Positions 12,013 through 25,614 of a stretch of 64,000 nt of DNA are shown here, piece after piece. The position numbers and the translations under genes were made by a program. Numbering within the stretch: position 1 is the stretch's first letter; the number at the start of each line of letters is the position of its first letter. The notes beneath the pieces are model-generated. The model ran no database searches, had not been told where the DNA came from, and saw nothing but the letters and a program-made list of their open reading frames with translations. Location of the stretch: NCBI GenBank assembly GCA_964035545.1, contig OZ037771.1:12399133-12463132 (forward strand), given 5' to 3'. This stretch comes from Bugula neritina (taxonomy: Eukaryota; Animalia; Bryozoa).

Positions 12013-14970
12013 TCAATTAATAACTATGACCTCATCAAGGTCGTTATCCACATCAGTGAGTGAGGTGGACACGCTGTTATCAGCAGAGGAGTTGTCTGCT
12101 CTTTCTTCAAGTGCTCGAAGTCTCTTGTTCCTCTTATCATTGTATTCGTAGACCAGAGTGAAGTTTCCTCCAATGATAGCCACAGGTAAAGCTGTTACCA
12201 TGAGACCAACCACCATGACTACTATCAGGACTATATAACCACCAATAGTTTTAGGGTATACATCTCCATAACCAACTGTAGTCATGGTAACCATCACCAG
12301 CCAATAAGCTGCAAGTAAGGCAAATATTCACCAATTAGCTGGAAGCATCATCATATATCACTAATCATGAAATGCAGCAAATTACAAACTTTACCTGTAA
12401 TGTTTTGTTGAACAGGTATTATTTCAAATTGGCATTCTTAATTTAAATTGAAGAAAAATAGAAATTAAAAATTATTCTTTTTTATGAAAACTATGAAAAA
12501 AATTATATTTGTCATATATCTAAAAAATCAATTTTACTATTAAAGAGTTAAAATAATTTATAATTGACTTATTTATAGTTTGTTAAACACAGTTTTAAAT
12601 ATTGACCTAAAAATATAAAACACTTTTGTTTTTGGTCCTGTTTGTGTGTGCAGTTAAGCCTTCCAAATAAACTTATCTGTTTTTCATTTAGTATTTTATT
12701 AATTATTAAACAATATTGAGTGGTTTAAGTAACAAAATATCATTCAATAGAAACTATATTTGTTGTCTTGGAGTATCTTTACAAATTTATCAATACAGTA
12801 AATAATGAAGATCAATAAAAACATGGCAAACTGCTGTCAGAAAACATAAATAACTCTCGTGCAGTTATTTAGCGTAACCACAATTCAAATGTTAAAGCAA
12901 TTTAAAATATAAAGTTAGTTAAATGCAATTTCTCAAAGTTTAGCCTCCGTCTTAGTCTTGCAGCTTTGCATGAGCAAATTTATTGAGGCTGATCAATAGT
13001 TTTTACAGTTGAGATGACGAAGACAATGGTCAAATTACCGCCTTAGTTTTGCCATATTTCATTAGTTTTTTGTTCAAACTTTTTGATTAAACTATACATC
13101 CATTGATTGCAACTTGGAGTTTATTTTTACGGAGTAACCTTTTCTAATTTTTCGAAATTTAGCAGCTGAATTGAAATTGAGGGAAGGGAGGAGGCTACAA
13201 GTAGGACAAAACCACACAGGACATCGGTGAAGATATCACACTCTGTCCGTTGCAAAGGACACAAGTAGATATACCGCACTCTGCCTACCAAGAGGGACAC
13301 AAATGGATACACTGCAACTTCTTTACCATGAGGGACGCTGGTAATCAAACTTGAGCGTTGATTTTGAAGAGTGTTGTCAGAGTAGTAGACGAAAGGTCCA
13401 AATACCAACATAGCAATGACTGACAAAGTGACTAATAGCAAAATCTCCCTCCAGCTTCTGTACAAAGCCAACAACAGAACCTTCAGTCCACTACAAGTCA
13501 AAGTATATGCAATTATTGTTTAATTGGATTACTTAGTGTAAGAAACTCTGTGCATATTGTTATCTAATAATGGTTATATAGTTAAATATTATTTGGTTTG
13601 AATTCAAAAATGATTAAGTGCTGTTCATGGTTGTTTCAACTGCCATACAAGAACTGGACAACTGTAAAAATAATTTTTTGTTTCATATCAAGGGTAAATG
13701 ATAGAACCTTTAAAAAACATTTAAACCATTAGAGATGCAATAATGTGATTAGCTAGACGAATTGTAGAATTATCTTAAAGCACATGACGCTACACACAAT
13801 GTATCCAGATGTACTAAAAACATAGGTCTTACCTGTAGATCGTAGCATAGCTAAGAAACCTGAGGCATCGCACTTGTTTCACCATCAGCGTCACCTGAAT
13901 CAATTGCAATCCAACCTTACAGACTACAGGGTTTATCTCATCCAGAGGGTTCCGCCCTATTGCCTGATAATCCAGCACCGACTGATACACAAAACTGAAC
14001 ACTTCCAGAATAGATATGAAAAAGTCAAGGCTGTTAGTCGACTTGAAGAAGAACTTCTTATCCAAGCAGCTAATGAACCGAATAAATATCTCCGTGGCGA
14101 AAAAAAGAGTGATAGCAAAGTTGAGGGTAGACATAATTAACCCAGTCATAGAAAATTGTCTGTTTGTGTACCAAATGCAAAACTCTGTATCATTCAACGT
14201 GGAAACGTCGAGTGAATCATTTTTCTGTTGGCCATTTTGCCACAAGTCGTTTATACTATAAAGTACGATATAAACACTGGTCGACACCATTACTAGAAAG
14301 TAAAAGATAGCCCATATTTTAGACACTGTTTTCCATTTGGTGTCGGGCCCAAAGGGGTCAGTGAGGAAACACCAAATATTGTAACGAACTCTCCTGTACC
14401 CATGCAATGGGCCAGTTACCTGGATGCGTCTCTCAAACATCTTGAACTGTTTTTCCAGTTCTCTTTCCTCCGCTAGCTCACCACTGCAACATTCTGAAAT
14501 GTAATTGTCATCAATTCCCCAAAACTCCAAATGATTTTTAAAATCCGACATACAAACATTCTTTGGACAATGTAAGTCTCCAGTTGTGTAGAACTTTAGA
14601 ACCTCCTTAAATATTTCGGCATCACCTTCGAATGTAAGTGCAGTGGTGTTGAGTGGCTGTTGAACCAATTTACCAAGTCTGGTGTCGGGATATTTCAACA
14701 ATGTCGTAATAGAAGTAACAAATCTCTGTCCAGATATGTTTATGATCACTGATGACGGATTCTCTTTGTTCTTGGGGATTACCCTCCTGGTGACTGTAGC
14801 CCACTGATCAATATCCTTTGCCATCGGTTTCACCTGGTAACATATTCACACATGATTAATAAGCAAAAATACAAATTAAGTTTTTGCAGATTTGCTTCTG
14901 ATCTTTCTAAGACTTGATTATTTCATCTGAATTATATTTTATTTCTTACAATGAGCCTTACCTTGTGCAT
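12013..14970 (-). CDS. Voltage-gated K+ channel alpha subunit, paralog B; exons 14970-14962, 14833-13833, 13490-13327, 12308-12013
   Basis: Same exon structure and phases as paralog A (MHK|VKP vs MSK|IKP; 164-bp S5 exon in both); T1 protein-identical; TVGYGD pore. Confidence 0.92.
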
Positions 14971-16027
14971 TGTGGAGGATATATCAAATTATAGCGATAG
15001 GTACTTATATTGTGTGTCATTTCACACCCGCGACTTCCATCAACTGGGCACACAAATCTATATTGAGCACAATTATAGTAAATACAGCATTGATACCTTA
15101 AGATTATATTACAGACTTGCTATGTTTATTTTCTGCATATGATAAACTTGAGAGTGAATTCTTAATAAAAACAATATTTGCATAAATATTACCAACTGCA
15201 ATATTTAAACTTTTTCCAATAAGTTGTTGTTTCTTAAAGTGGCATAAAATGTGAAGCCTAAATGGGAGATTATATTGTTTTAAAAGATATTTGAAACTAA
15301 AAGAAAATAAAACATTAGCTTTAATTTGTTTTATTACTTGTTGAACATCAGTTAAATATTTAATAAAACCAATGTGCTTTTGTAATATAATACAATGCTA
15401 AATGCCCTTTTTTCCAATTCTTCTAAATGCTATCACTCCATATTTCATCATATATTATTAGATTAAAATATTTACCTGGCCTAAAATTACGCCCCTGATT
15501 GAGGCCTCAGTAATTCTAAAATTCCGTCAAGACATTGAGCCTCAGCTAACAGAAATATAAACAATTTCCTTGTCTAAGTTTGTTCTATCATTTTATTCAA
15601 TCATGTTGAAGATACATAACATCTTTTAGAAGAAACTCAAAATTATTCTGTACAACTATACTAAATTGTAGCATTAAAAATATTTCTACCCTTGTATATA
15701 CACCATTGCGCAGTAAAATTGAGGACTCTTTTAGGGTTGTCTACTCATGTTTATGCACAAATATTATATTGAGATCTGGCAATATATTTTACATATTTAT
15801 GTTGCAGGTATAGTTAGTGTAACTAGTGCTACCACTGTGATGGTGAGTCATCAATGTGATAGTGGATGAGTCACTGTGATGATAATGAGCCGATGTCACA
15901 TTAATAAAACACTATCTAAATTATTAACTTTCTCGACAGCCAGCTCCCTGACTGAAGAGACAGGCTTAAGGTTTCTAACTGGCCATTGTTGAGGCCTGTA
16001 ACCATAGCGACAAAGTTTAGGAAGTGT

Positions 16028-19000
16028 TCAGTCATCCAGCACTGAATCTAGCCAATCCTCAAGTTCTGCTTCCTTCAGCTCCAACTCTGCGTGAACATCT
16101 ACGACATGCAGTGTAAAATAGCCTAGACTTGTTATGGTTTCTATGAGCTGAACTCTAAACTGAACTAGCTGCATACATCACAAGATAGCACCTCCCAACA
16201 CACCTACTGGTATATGCTGAGAGCACAATTCAGAGCATATATAAAATAAATCTACCAAGTAAGATTATTTTAGTTGTTATTGTATTAGGTAAAAACAGGA
16301 ACTATGAAAATTTAAAAAGTGTAATTTTCAGACCACAAAAAGTGAAAATCGAAAAAGAAAACACGATTATGTTGTACATCATAAAATACAATTTTAAATA
16401 AATAATAAAAAATTATTTTCTTATGCATTAAAGCAATATACACAATATACCATCAAATACACTACACAAGCTGGTATCTCTGAAAACTCACCATTAGATT
16501 CGGCATCAGTCAGCGTGATGTCATCATCTTTTGCATGAGCTGCTACAGGATTCCCAGCATGACACCTGGACAATTAATGTGGGTATATGTTTATTTATAT
16601 AAAAGTTATACGCATGCTGAGGGGGACAAACCCTGAAAGATAATATACCTCAATTCGTGGATAGTGGCTGTTTCAGGGTTTGTCCCCCTCAGCATGAATG
16701 CAACTTTTTAACATTATTTGAGCATTTAATCAATACCTAAAATATTGTAACATAACATAAAGTTGTATTTCTATCATATATTAGCTCATTCAACCATAGA
16801 GTTGTCTTTTCATTATAAAATTACAATCTCAATTCACACAGATTATAATAATATATTATTCACAATCACATTCAGGAATTGTCTTTTCTTTACTCATGAT
16901 AAAAGGCTAAGCTGTCAGAACGCATATCTGCTCAGCAAATAGAAATGAAATTTGTTGAATACAAACAATGATGGTTGATTTTAATAATAACTTGCACATA
17001 TCGGTAGGTAAAAGAGAGCTTTTCTAAACTATAATCATTTTGTAACAACCATTTCTACGCATGCAAACATTTCCAATAAATTACCCATCTAACTCTTTCT
17101 CTAAATGCTGTCCGGTGTTTTGATAGAAGATACTGCTGGTGGAAGCGGCAGCACCGCTGACATTGTGATCTACTGTGTATGCCGGGTCCATGCTATTCAT
17201 GACGTACTCATCTAAGTTAGCTGCAGCTAATGAACTGATCTCTATTGATTTCTGTAATGAATATGAGATACAAGGAGCTGTAACTCGGTCAGTGTACCTA
17301 TTAGCTTCTCATAATAACAACAATATTACCGCGAGAGAGCGTGTCATATCCTAAACATTGTGTAACCAACTTATTATCCACTGCTGCCAGTATTAAAGGC
17401 AGCAGTGCTCCTCTTAGAGCAGCAATAATTAACAACACCCTGGATGGGTAATTATGTTACATAGCTGTCAGGCTAGCTGTTGCATTGTAACAACTAATTG
17501 CTAATTAGAGAAGTAAATTGGTTAGCATCATGTGTTTACAAAGCTGAACATCAAAGGTCGCAATTCAGGCCACCAGAAAAATAGTATTTGCACAATTAAT
17601 GTTCAAATGTAGCAGACTATCAGCATAGAGAAGATTGTGTTAACAATTTTAGTTTAAATAATTAGATTACTTAAATTATTGAAATTATTGTAACAGATTT
17701 TACTTTGTATAGAAGAGAGTAAACATAAAGAATGTGAAATATAGTTCTTAAGAAAACTATAGAATATATGAAATCTATATATAATTTTGAGAAATGCTGA
17801 AAGCTACCTTAATATTGATGCTGCATAACTACTCTAGCAAAGTAGGTTTAGCAACTGAAGTCACTAATTTTCAAGAGCTAAATAAACTTTCCTCTATCAT
17901 AGTGCTTTTAGAAATAGTATGAAACATGAAAATAATTATTAATAAAATAATTGGATTATGATTGGTTCAGGAAAAAACAACTAGTTTAACATTTTGACTG
18001 ACTTCAATAAAATTCTTAAAATCCAGCTTTGATTTTAGAAAACCTTTTAGGGATAACCCAAATTTCTCAGTTATACAACTGCAGCCTTGCATGAGCAGTG
18101 ATAGCCCAAATGCAATGAATCCATAAATATAAGAAAAGGTAGAGTTTAAAGACCCAATGAAAGAGGAAAAGCACTGACAAAATGGAGGAATAAATCCTAC
18201 ACTTTCCATGTTAGAAGATATAATTACTGAGCTATGGTTGGAGATCACATCTCAAAGTAGGCGAGATAGATATTAGTTCTGTATTCCTAATACAGCATAG
18301 CTGAAGACTATTTTATTGGCAACTAAAACTCCCAACTGGAGAATCCCAAACTAATGCAATCAGTCACCACCAACCCAGAGCTGCTTATAGACTGATTCAT
18401 TTTATTGTACTTAATAACTGGGTATTGTTTGTATATACATTGTCATGGTAAATCAGTGCACACATTATGTAACCATTTTGATGCAGCAAAAGTACTTTTA
18501 TCTATGCAGTTTGTTTTATATTTCATTGTTGAATGCAATAAAGAAACAGGTGTGTTAGCAAGCGTGACAAGTTATTTCTCTAGAGTACACTCAAAAAGTT
18601 TTAGAAAAAAAGAAACGTGAGGAAGAATGTACAAAGTTGGAGGTCTTTGGAGACAAAGAAGAGATCAATGACCCAGTTTACCAATATATCCAAGGAGTAG
18701 AGGGAGCCTACAACCTCTAAACATGAAGGCCAGACAAACAAAGCAATGCTAAAAGCCACCAGAATTCAGTTGAATAAGCAAAAGAAAAATACAATGATCA
18801 AAAATCAATAGACCATAAAAAGCATTAAAATGTTAATCATGAATTTCCTGAGAGCTGTCAACAAACAGAAAGTTAGGAAGACATCAGATTTCTTTAAACA
18901 AATAGTGTAGCAAGGTCTCCTAGAAGCAAGCACCTGTACATCCTCAGTAAGTTTGAATCTGCTTAGAATGCAGATATGTGTATGAAACAAGTAAAATATA

Positions 19001-22000
19001 TGATATGGGGGAATTGGCTCAGAAAGTAAAAAACACCTTCAAATAGAAATGGCTTGGTCTTCCTATTGTAACAGTATATTCCTACAGGATTGTATAAAGT
19101 GTTGAAACTAAAGCTAAAATAATCATATTTTTCTTTAATAAATGCAGTAAACAAATGAGAATAATATCGTATAGCAACAAGTAAGAATAATATCCTTATG
19201 AAGAAGGAAGGGAGCATGTGTGGTGCAGTAAAAAGAGAGGTTTGCTAAGCAAGTCATACAAACTGAGCGGAATTGAATTAGGCTGTGTCAAGATAAGTTG
19301 TATTGGTTCATTTAGGTATGCTGTTTACTTGCAGATGCCAAGTAGGTATACACTCTACATGTATTGATTTAGTTACCCTTAGCTGCATATTTAGCATGTC
19401 ATTCAATAATGCCATTTATTAAACATAATCCATATATGTAATTTTTCCATCCATAGCAAAAGTAATTATTGTATGTAGAATTTATGCCATGGTATAAATT
19501 CTACATACAATAATTACTTTGAATATTGAAATCGGAAAACATGAAGATATTCACAACATAATCTAGGTTGCATCCTTTGAAGAAAAAACCTTAAAGAAAA
19601 AAATTAAAAAAAATTATAGAGATAAAAATGAAAGTCACAATTGAGTATTTTTATTCAAGTAATTTTATGGCAATTCTTGTAGTCAAATGGTTGCTGTCGT
19701 AAACCCAGCACTATAGACTCATGAAAACACGGCAGTCACTTAATAGTCATAATTTATTCCAAAAATTTTGCACTCTACCCAGAGGAAGGAAAATGTGACT
19801 TTTCAATAGCAGCCCGAGTAAAGTGATATTAAAGCTGGGCGCATTTGTTTAAATATAAGCATAGGTTTATTTGAGAGTAATTACAAGATAAAACTACTGA
19901 AGTTGTATTGCAAAAACATACTTTATAGTTTTAAGATATGCTAGGGTAAGATGTTGATCATCAAGTGTGTCTTGACTTAAAAGTTGATGATGAAGTAAGA
20001 CTCCAATCAATATTTAATTAGGTAGAATAGTCCAGTGTAGATCAATATAAAAGATACATACATGTGATTAGATGTCATTTACAAGCAAGACATTGCAGTG
20101 CCAAAGGGATGAATTAGAAATCCATTGGTCCCAAAGGTTACCAGATAAACAAGGTATGTGCTCACTTAATTATAATTATACTGTTGGCAAGCTATTTAAA
20201 CCGCTTTATATACTCTACAGTCTACATTATCTAGAAAATGTAGCAGGTGTGTTATTTTCTTATTTCTTGCCACCCATGCAACATATTTACTACTAAATTA
20301 TCAAATTAAAAAATACTAATTTATTTAATACTAAATTGTTCAACACTAAATTAATAAATACTAAATTGTCAAACACTAAATTACCAAACTATAAAATTAG
20401 TAAACTATTAGAAAATAAACTACTGAATTCCTAAAAATTAAATTAATAAACTTCTAAATGACTAAATGCTGAATTACTATACTCAATTAAACAGCAATGT
20501 CATTTTTATCAGTCATAGACATAAGGTAATAGCAACAAACCTCAACTAAAGGGTGAGAAGACAAATCTATTATTTGAGATAAACTAAAGCACTTCATGGC
20601 TTGCTCTATGGAATCCATGCTGAGACTGAGAAAAGTTGGGGCTGTTTCATCATCCTTCCCCAACTCAATCGACTGCACTGAGGCTAAACAATATAAATAG
20701 AAATTTTGAACAAATCAGAATCATGGTTTTCTTTCAATATTTGCAGCAATTAATCAATGAAATGTAGATTTCAGAACAATAATGAGCTTAGGTACTACAA
20801 TCAACATAGTTTTCTGCTTTGTAGCTTCAAATGACCCAGGGAACCTTAAAAAAGCCCTAATTTGGAAATAATATTGCATTTGGCGACGCAAATATATTAA
20901 TTAGTTGATTAGTAAATATCCCTTGACCTGCTTCAACTGCAATAATTATCCTTTTCTGGGACCTTGTGTTACATATTTTTGAAATTTAGATATTAAAATC
21001 TTTTCCCAGACCTGTTCTAAAATATTCTGTTATACTACTGCATTTATTGGTTGATTGCACAGTAATAGCTACACACCCAGACTAGCTGAAGACGCTAAGA
21101 TTTCTCTCATGTCTTTCCCACTTGAAGTGTATTCATCTGTATCTAACTCACCATATCTGTCACTGTTGGATGACAGCTGTGACGCCGCTTTCTGCAATTG
21201 AGAAAAAAAAGTTGTTAAAAAAGACCAACTTTAAATAGAATATGTTGAAAATTTTATACTGAAAGAGATGCTCATATTTTTAGCATTAAACTAAAAAGAC
21301 TTTTGCAGCAGAAATAAGAAAGATATAAAACTCATAAGTGCAACATACAAGTATCGGTATAAGCATGTTTAGGTCCAATTTCTTGCAAACTACTTGAAGA
21401 ATATAAATAAGTAATATTATTCAAGTTTGCCATAAATTAGCACTACAATTTTAATTTGAAATATATTTGATTTCTAAATCATTAGTAATACTAGTAGTAA
21501 TACTAATAGTATTACTATTATTACTTACTTTATTACTTGTTAGTTGATATACTATCAGCAATCTAATCTATTTTAACCCATCAGTATCACTATCAGTATG
21601 AGCATGACTATCACTATGAGTCTAACTTCATACAAATGAATGCGACTAGCACTAACAGTATGAGTATGACTATCACCATCACTATGACTATCAGTTGTTG
21701 TTACTGTTAGTGTAACTGTAATTGCTACACTTTGACTTACAGTACCGGTAAGAGTATTATATTGAGTATGAGCATGACTATGCAGTATGTGTATTATCAT
21801 TAGTCTTACTATTACTATTAGTGTGAGTATTAGCATGACTGTGGCACTTACGCTTACTGACAGTGACTTAGCATCGCGCCATGATGATGATTGAGCAGAA
21901 GCAAATTTTGACTTTGGTTTTCCATGGCCTTGCTCATTTTGATTTCGGGTTATATGCTTTGCCCCAGACTGATTTTCAACTTTATCAGTTTTTTCATGCT

Positions 22001-22058
22001 GATTCTGCTTAGTTTTATACGCCTGATTCTTCTTTTTCTTATGATTATCTGGACGCAT
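16028..22058 (-). CDS. AVEN: Cell death regulator Aven-like protein; exons 22058-21858, 21191-21077, 20683-20541, 17251-17085, 16565-16492, 16098-16028
   Basis: Six GT-AG exons join in phase: MRPDNHKKKKN...LSSNSDRY...GKDMREILASS...LSMDSIEQAMKCFSL...ELEDWLDSVLDD*, matching recalled Aven motifs (SNWDRY, C-terminal LEDWLDS). Confidence 0.8.
16601..16708. repeat. Inverted pair of degenerate hammerhead/Penelope terminal fragments in an Aven intron
   Basis: catgctgagggggacaaaccctgaaa and its reverse complement; minus copy continues ...gaaacagccactatccacgaattgaggtatat, similar to the 52.3/52.7 kb units. Confidence 0.7.
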
Positions 22059-22189
22059 TACAAACAATGATACGGTTTTCGCTTTCGGAATCTATTAAAA
22101 ATTAAATTAATTGTGTATACTTGTAACAAATGTTAAAGTTTTATTCGCTCTACTGAAGTTTCTAGCGAGAGCACAACTCCGAGGTTAAA

Positions 22190-22222
22190 CTGTGTGTTTG
22201 TATGTTTGTATGTTTGTGTGTT

Positions 22223-22270
<48 letters not shown>

Positions 22271-22336
22271 GTGTGTGTGTGTGCGTGCGCATGTGCGTGT
22301 GTATAATACACACACACACACGCACGCACGCACGCA

Positions 22337-22370
<34 letters not shown>
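22190..22370. repeat. Compound (TG)n/(CA)n/(CACG)n/(TA)n microsatellite between the Aven and globin start codons
   Basis: direct inspection. Confidence 0.95.
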
Positions 22371-22373
<3 letters not shown>

Positions 22374-22447
22374 TTACATAAAACATATCTGGTTTACAGC
22401 CTACAGGATACTGAGTGCAGCACATGCAGATCAGCTGCTGTTGAAGG

Positions 22448-24797
22448 ATGGGTACGGCTTCAAGTCAGCATAGGGTGTGCTCGTCATCATCACCCATAGG
22501 CCCACATAGAAACAAATGCGAGAACTCTAATTTGTTACCGTAGGTGAAACATATGTTACAGTGAATAACTTTGATAAGTGCTTGACAGTATAATTAGCAA
22601 AACCAATCCCTAATAAATACCTGTTAGACAAAATCAATTGCATTTGACAATTGCATTTTTTATTCTAACTTTTACAGTCCAGTGCTTTAGATTGTGCATA
22701 CATCTGATAGCAATAGTATTATTACAGTACAATTTATCTATAAGAGGTGTATGTATGAGTTTCCATATAATATTGACATAATATTTTATCTCTGTACCAT
22801 TTTTATCCAATAATCCCACATTCTATGTTTTAATAGACCAAGGGGTAATAAAAACAAGGTTCACAACTCCTCTATGGCAATCACCGATGTGAGTGATACG
22901 GAGATTGCAGAGTCTATCACTGTGCCTTCCCAAAGTCCTCCACCAACGCTGAGCGAAGGCGAGAAGAAGTTGCTGACAACAACGTGGGCGCAAGTTGAGA
23001 ACGATGCTGACAGAATAGGTGCTGTCACGTTTGTCAAGTATGTTGTGTGACTAGCATTACACCAGTAAAGGACATAGCAGGTGCTTTTAGTTGCTTATCA
23101 ACATGGCATATGAGCAAATGCTATTGCTTGGTGATTCAATTACAGGCATAATTTACGTTTCACGTTGCGCATTGAAAATTGCATGAAGGTTTAGTATAAT
23201 TACTACAAAAATTATATTATAGGCACATGCAATGCAGTAAGATCATCTTGAAAAATTGGGACGGTTGTTTTGTGAAAAGAAAACTTGCTCTGTTGAAATT
23301 GAATAAAATAGTTTTTTTTACGCTACAAACCTTTTTATAATTTCTTGAATCTCCAGAGAACAGGTGATTATTAAAAGAATGCTTTGAGTTCATCAGATAT
23401 CCAAAAGCACCCTTAATGGTGAATAAATCAATAGACAAATCCTGTTCTAACATGATGATAATGAAATAATGTAAATTAGTTATTAGGCTCACATGCACAT
23501 GAACAAGAGTGAGATTCAAAACTTTTTGGAGTCTATGGCACACACCTCCTTATTATGTGGTGCTGCTTTTTTTACAAAATTATAAAAAGACCGAAATTAC
23601 TAGATTTATAATTATTCTCGACAACGTTATTAAATTTTAAGAATACTCAATAAAATACTTAAAATTACCGTAAAATAATGATCTATTATGTAATTGTTTC
23701 TGTAACTCTGATAGTCAGCTGAAAGCTAGACTCAATCACTAGCAATTAAAGTACAGCTATAGGCCTAAGTGATATGGGGATATTTTGATTTAGAAAAATT
23801 TATCTTCCAGTTTATACATGATGGTTACACAAATAATAATGTATAGCTAAGCACATATGCAAATTCTACAATATGCAGTAAAGTTATTTATTAGCTTAAA
23901 GTGCTGACTGTTTTTTATATCTTAGCTTGTTTGAAAAGCATCCAGGAGTCAAGGACAAGTTTATCCCCTTCAAGTCTATAGACGTCAACAACGAACGTTA
24001 CAACCGAATACTGCGTAACCATGGGTTACGGGTATTGAAAACTGTAGGTAAAATGATACACAGACTGAATGAAGAAGAACATAAAATGATAAACATTGTG
24101 AGAGACACTGGGACTAGACACAAAGCCTACCATGCGGAGGCAATGTTAATAAAGGTGGGTTTTCACTGGCTTTATTAGGTCATGTCATTTGTTTGCGGTA
24201 AGGTTTGAGGTGTAGTCTATAACCCCTCTAATAGACTTACTATCTGGGCCTATACACAGACCTAGGTCTTACTCTAACTTTGAAACTTGCCATACATATT
24301 TATATTCTATATTATATCCTTTCAAAGTTTATAAACTTCCAGTTTGATTTTCAAATAGAAACATTAAAACTATTTATAAATTTGCACCAACCTCAGTCTT
24401 ATAATTATCAATTAAACTAACAGCTATATAATGGTATGTGATATACAAACAGATAATCACTGCGTTTCCATTATCGCATTATGCGAATGGATTTTTTCAT
24501 TCGGCTAATGGAAACAGTTACAACGAATGAAACCGCAACTATAAGTTAATGCAAACCACAGACCACAAATAATCCGTACGGGCATTCATTCGCATTATGC
24601 GCAGTCATGGAAACGCAGTGAATATGTAACATGTGCTGCCTATTTTGTAGACTATGTGCCCTCATTTCATCAAAGCAATTGAAGGAACACTGGGTGAGAA
24701 ATGTACGGTGGATGTGAAAACAGCATACGAACATCTCTTTGCCATTCTGTCATTTCACATGACTGAATCCTTACTCATAGCTCAAAAGACAAAATAG
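22448..24797 (+). CDS. Globin with N-terminal extension (globin X/neuroglobin-like); exons 22448-22539, 22837-23037, 23926-24154, 24651-24797
   Basis: A-helix LSEGEKKLLTTTW, LFEKHP, CD1 Phe, distal His (RNHGLRV), proximal His (GTRHKAY); introns at positions consistent with B12.2 and G7.0; first exon less certain. Confidence 0.9.
24457..24621. mobile_element. Small MITE-like element in last globin intron
   Basis: TIRs tcactgcgtttccat / atggaaacgcagtga with subterminal cgcattatgcg palindromes. Confidence 0.7.
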
Positions 24798-25614
24798 AAG
24801 AAAGTCAAGTAAATCTCAGATAGCCACTTTTGTGTTATGAGCTTCATGGCTATGCAGTCAACATGAAATCATAATTATTTTATTTGTATTTATATTCTAC
24901 AGAGTGACTTTGTAAACACTTTTCATTTTATTTTCATTTTCTTTCAAACTTGATATGTGTGTGGATATATCTATACAAATAAAAAAATTACACCTAAAAG
25001 GAAAGAGTTCATAATTCAAACCAATTTTGGAAAATATTATGATCTACAACTTGGATAAACCAAACAATAAAACATATGCATGCATGGTCCCTCTCCTCAC
25101 TGATGCAATAAAACTTACTTTTTGATGCGCATCTGCATTTCTACGCTGGCAGATTAAGAAGTTTTGAAGTTTATAATAAAATAAAAAGTTCAACGTGCAT
25201 GGTCGAAGATTATTAGCAAAGATAATGGAGCAGTTAATAGTGTAACAAAGCAATTGGAGACAATATATTATTTTGCTATCTATAAAATAACTACTGCAGC
25301 CAGTTTGTTAATTGTCTTCTCTTTGTATGCAATTCAAGCAATTAAGTTTATACTCACTATACCTGTGAGTAGATATAAGGGCGGTAACGGAGAAGTTGAA
25401 AAAAAGCCTGTGTTATGGATTAGAAAGGTAGCAAAATAAGTTATGTTCTCGCTAAAATTTCTATACCAGTACGTACCCAAACCAAAATTTTATAAAAAAT
25501 CAAACTAGCTCAGTTTCCCCACTACTATATACTCCTACAAATGCCTGTGAGAAACCCTGATAGGAAGGGTTTTTAAAGCCTGCCAAGGATTAATTTGTTT
25601 ATATGTAGGAAAGG

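Noticed and set aside
102-14970. ELMOD and both Kv genes all start with a 9-nt M-x-K coding exon
   Set aside because: Homologous for the Kv pair; for ELMOD explained by the AAG|gt donor consensus
21573-21857. Hydrophobic C-terminal half of ORF 21573-22067
   Set aside because: Read-through into degenerate repeats of Aven intron 1 past the donor at 21857
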